Positions 62,954 through 64,000 of a stretch of DNA of 64,000 bases are shown piece by piece. Where the stretch lies: the NCBI GenBank assembly GCA_028534125.1, contig CM052818.1, positions 8,744,001 through 8,808,000 of the forward strand, read 5' to 3'. Positions within the stretch are counted from its first letter, which is position 1, and each line of letters starts with the position of its first letter. The DNA comes from Lama glama. Taxonomy: Eukaryota. The position numbers were made by a program, and so were the translations under genes. The notes under the pieces were generated by a model. That model saw only the letters and a program-made list of their open reading frames with translations, made no database searches and had not been told where the DNA came from.

Positions 62954-64000
62954 CTACCTCAATATTGAGTCATAATGAAAGCTAAGTCTCAGACCAAAAT
63001 GGACCCCCTATATAGACATTTTTTAAACAAACATTCATTAGCAATTAGGCACAGAACATTTCATGCAACCTGCCCAGTAGGTTCCATGAAGTCCCAGCTC
63101 TTGTCCTTTTAAATGATCCAACCACTACCTGGCGTGAACAGTCCATGGAAGGCAGAACCAATATTTTAGAGGCAGGATTTCATCATCCTTGCGGTATCAG
63201 CATCAGACTATCAGAACCGTCCGAAAGCTATGTCTGGAAACAAGAGTGGCTCAGGGGCAAGTGTCCTCACAGGTTCATGCTAAAGGTCTTGCTCGGCTCT
63301 TATGCTCTTTCCAGGCAAACATGAGGAGTGCCCCTAAAATATTTTAGCCTTTTCACATACCTTGACTATCTTTAACTTTGTCAGTGAGAGCCCTTTTCTA
63401 TCATTCCTCATGCTAATTACCAAGCCACAAATTCCATCACATAAAGTCCTTTTAGGGTATTCATTGTGCTGATTAGCAATGTCTGCTGTGAAAAAAAATA
63501 CAGATTACTCAAGCACTTGCAGGGGCCACCTCGGCAGATGGCCTTTCTGATACAAAGCTATTCAAAGACCCTCAAACTGAAGCTTAATCTAACTAGCAAG
63601 TACACAGTACTACACCATCAATGCCGCAGTATTTTCAAGTAAATTACAAACATCAAGACACTTGCTTTGGCCTGGGAGGGAAAAAATAATCATTTTCATA
63701 AGGTTCAATGGAAAGCTAGTCAGTACCAGGACCATCAGTCCCAGGTTCTGTGACTATTTCATCAGTTGTAACTTCTGTCTGGAAAGAAAATGATTAACAT
63801 GAGATACGATTGAAGTCTGTGAGATTGTACTGGGTACTCCAAACTCCTACGCATTGTAATACAGGGAGATACTTGTTACTTGAAAGAGCTGATTTTAGTG
63901 TAAGTAGAAGGAAATGTCATTTCATATGATTCTGATGGAACTGGTTATTCCCAAAGGTAGTTCAGGATGTAAACAAATAATTTATTCTGGGCTAAATCAA

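Noticed and set aside
1..64000. CRISPR arrays, operons or other prokaryotic systems
   Set aside because: The sequence is mammalian genomic DNA; no repeat-spacer arrays or dense gene packing are present.

Overview
This is repeat-rich mammalian nuclear DNA, not prokaryotic. It is very probably from a camelid (alpaca/llama/camel), because it carries eight copies of a tRNA-derived SINE that I recognise as Vic-1-like. I find no intact protein-coding gene that I can name; almost all ORFs in the track are chance ORFs or decayed L1 ORF2. Much of the window is transposon-derived: L1 3' ends, L2, MIR, MaLR/MLT1 LTRs, ERV1-type solo LTRs with 4-bp TSDs, and hAT/Tigger DNA elements, including several nested insertions. 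The most interesting signal is on the minus strand: the decayed exons of what appears to be a lost, intron-containing (unitary) gene for an extracellular/membrane protein. The clearest piece is a complete CUB domain exon at 20860->~20460 with an intact phase-1 acceptor, two apparent 1-nt deletions and a TGA where Trp is plausible. It is followed by a Ser/Thr/Pro-rich tract and flanked by one good (25.3 kb) and one weak (12.8 kb) calcium-binding EGF relic. Also present are a CpG island at ~7.7-8.3 kb, a small CpG/GC-box patch at ~31 kb, an AP-1/TATA cluster at ~35.1-35.6 kb, and candidate plus-strand exons antisense to the pseudogene. Repeat family names and many boundaries come from visual recognition and are approximate; no database search was run.
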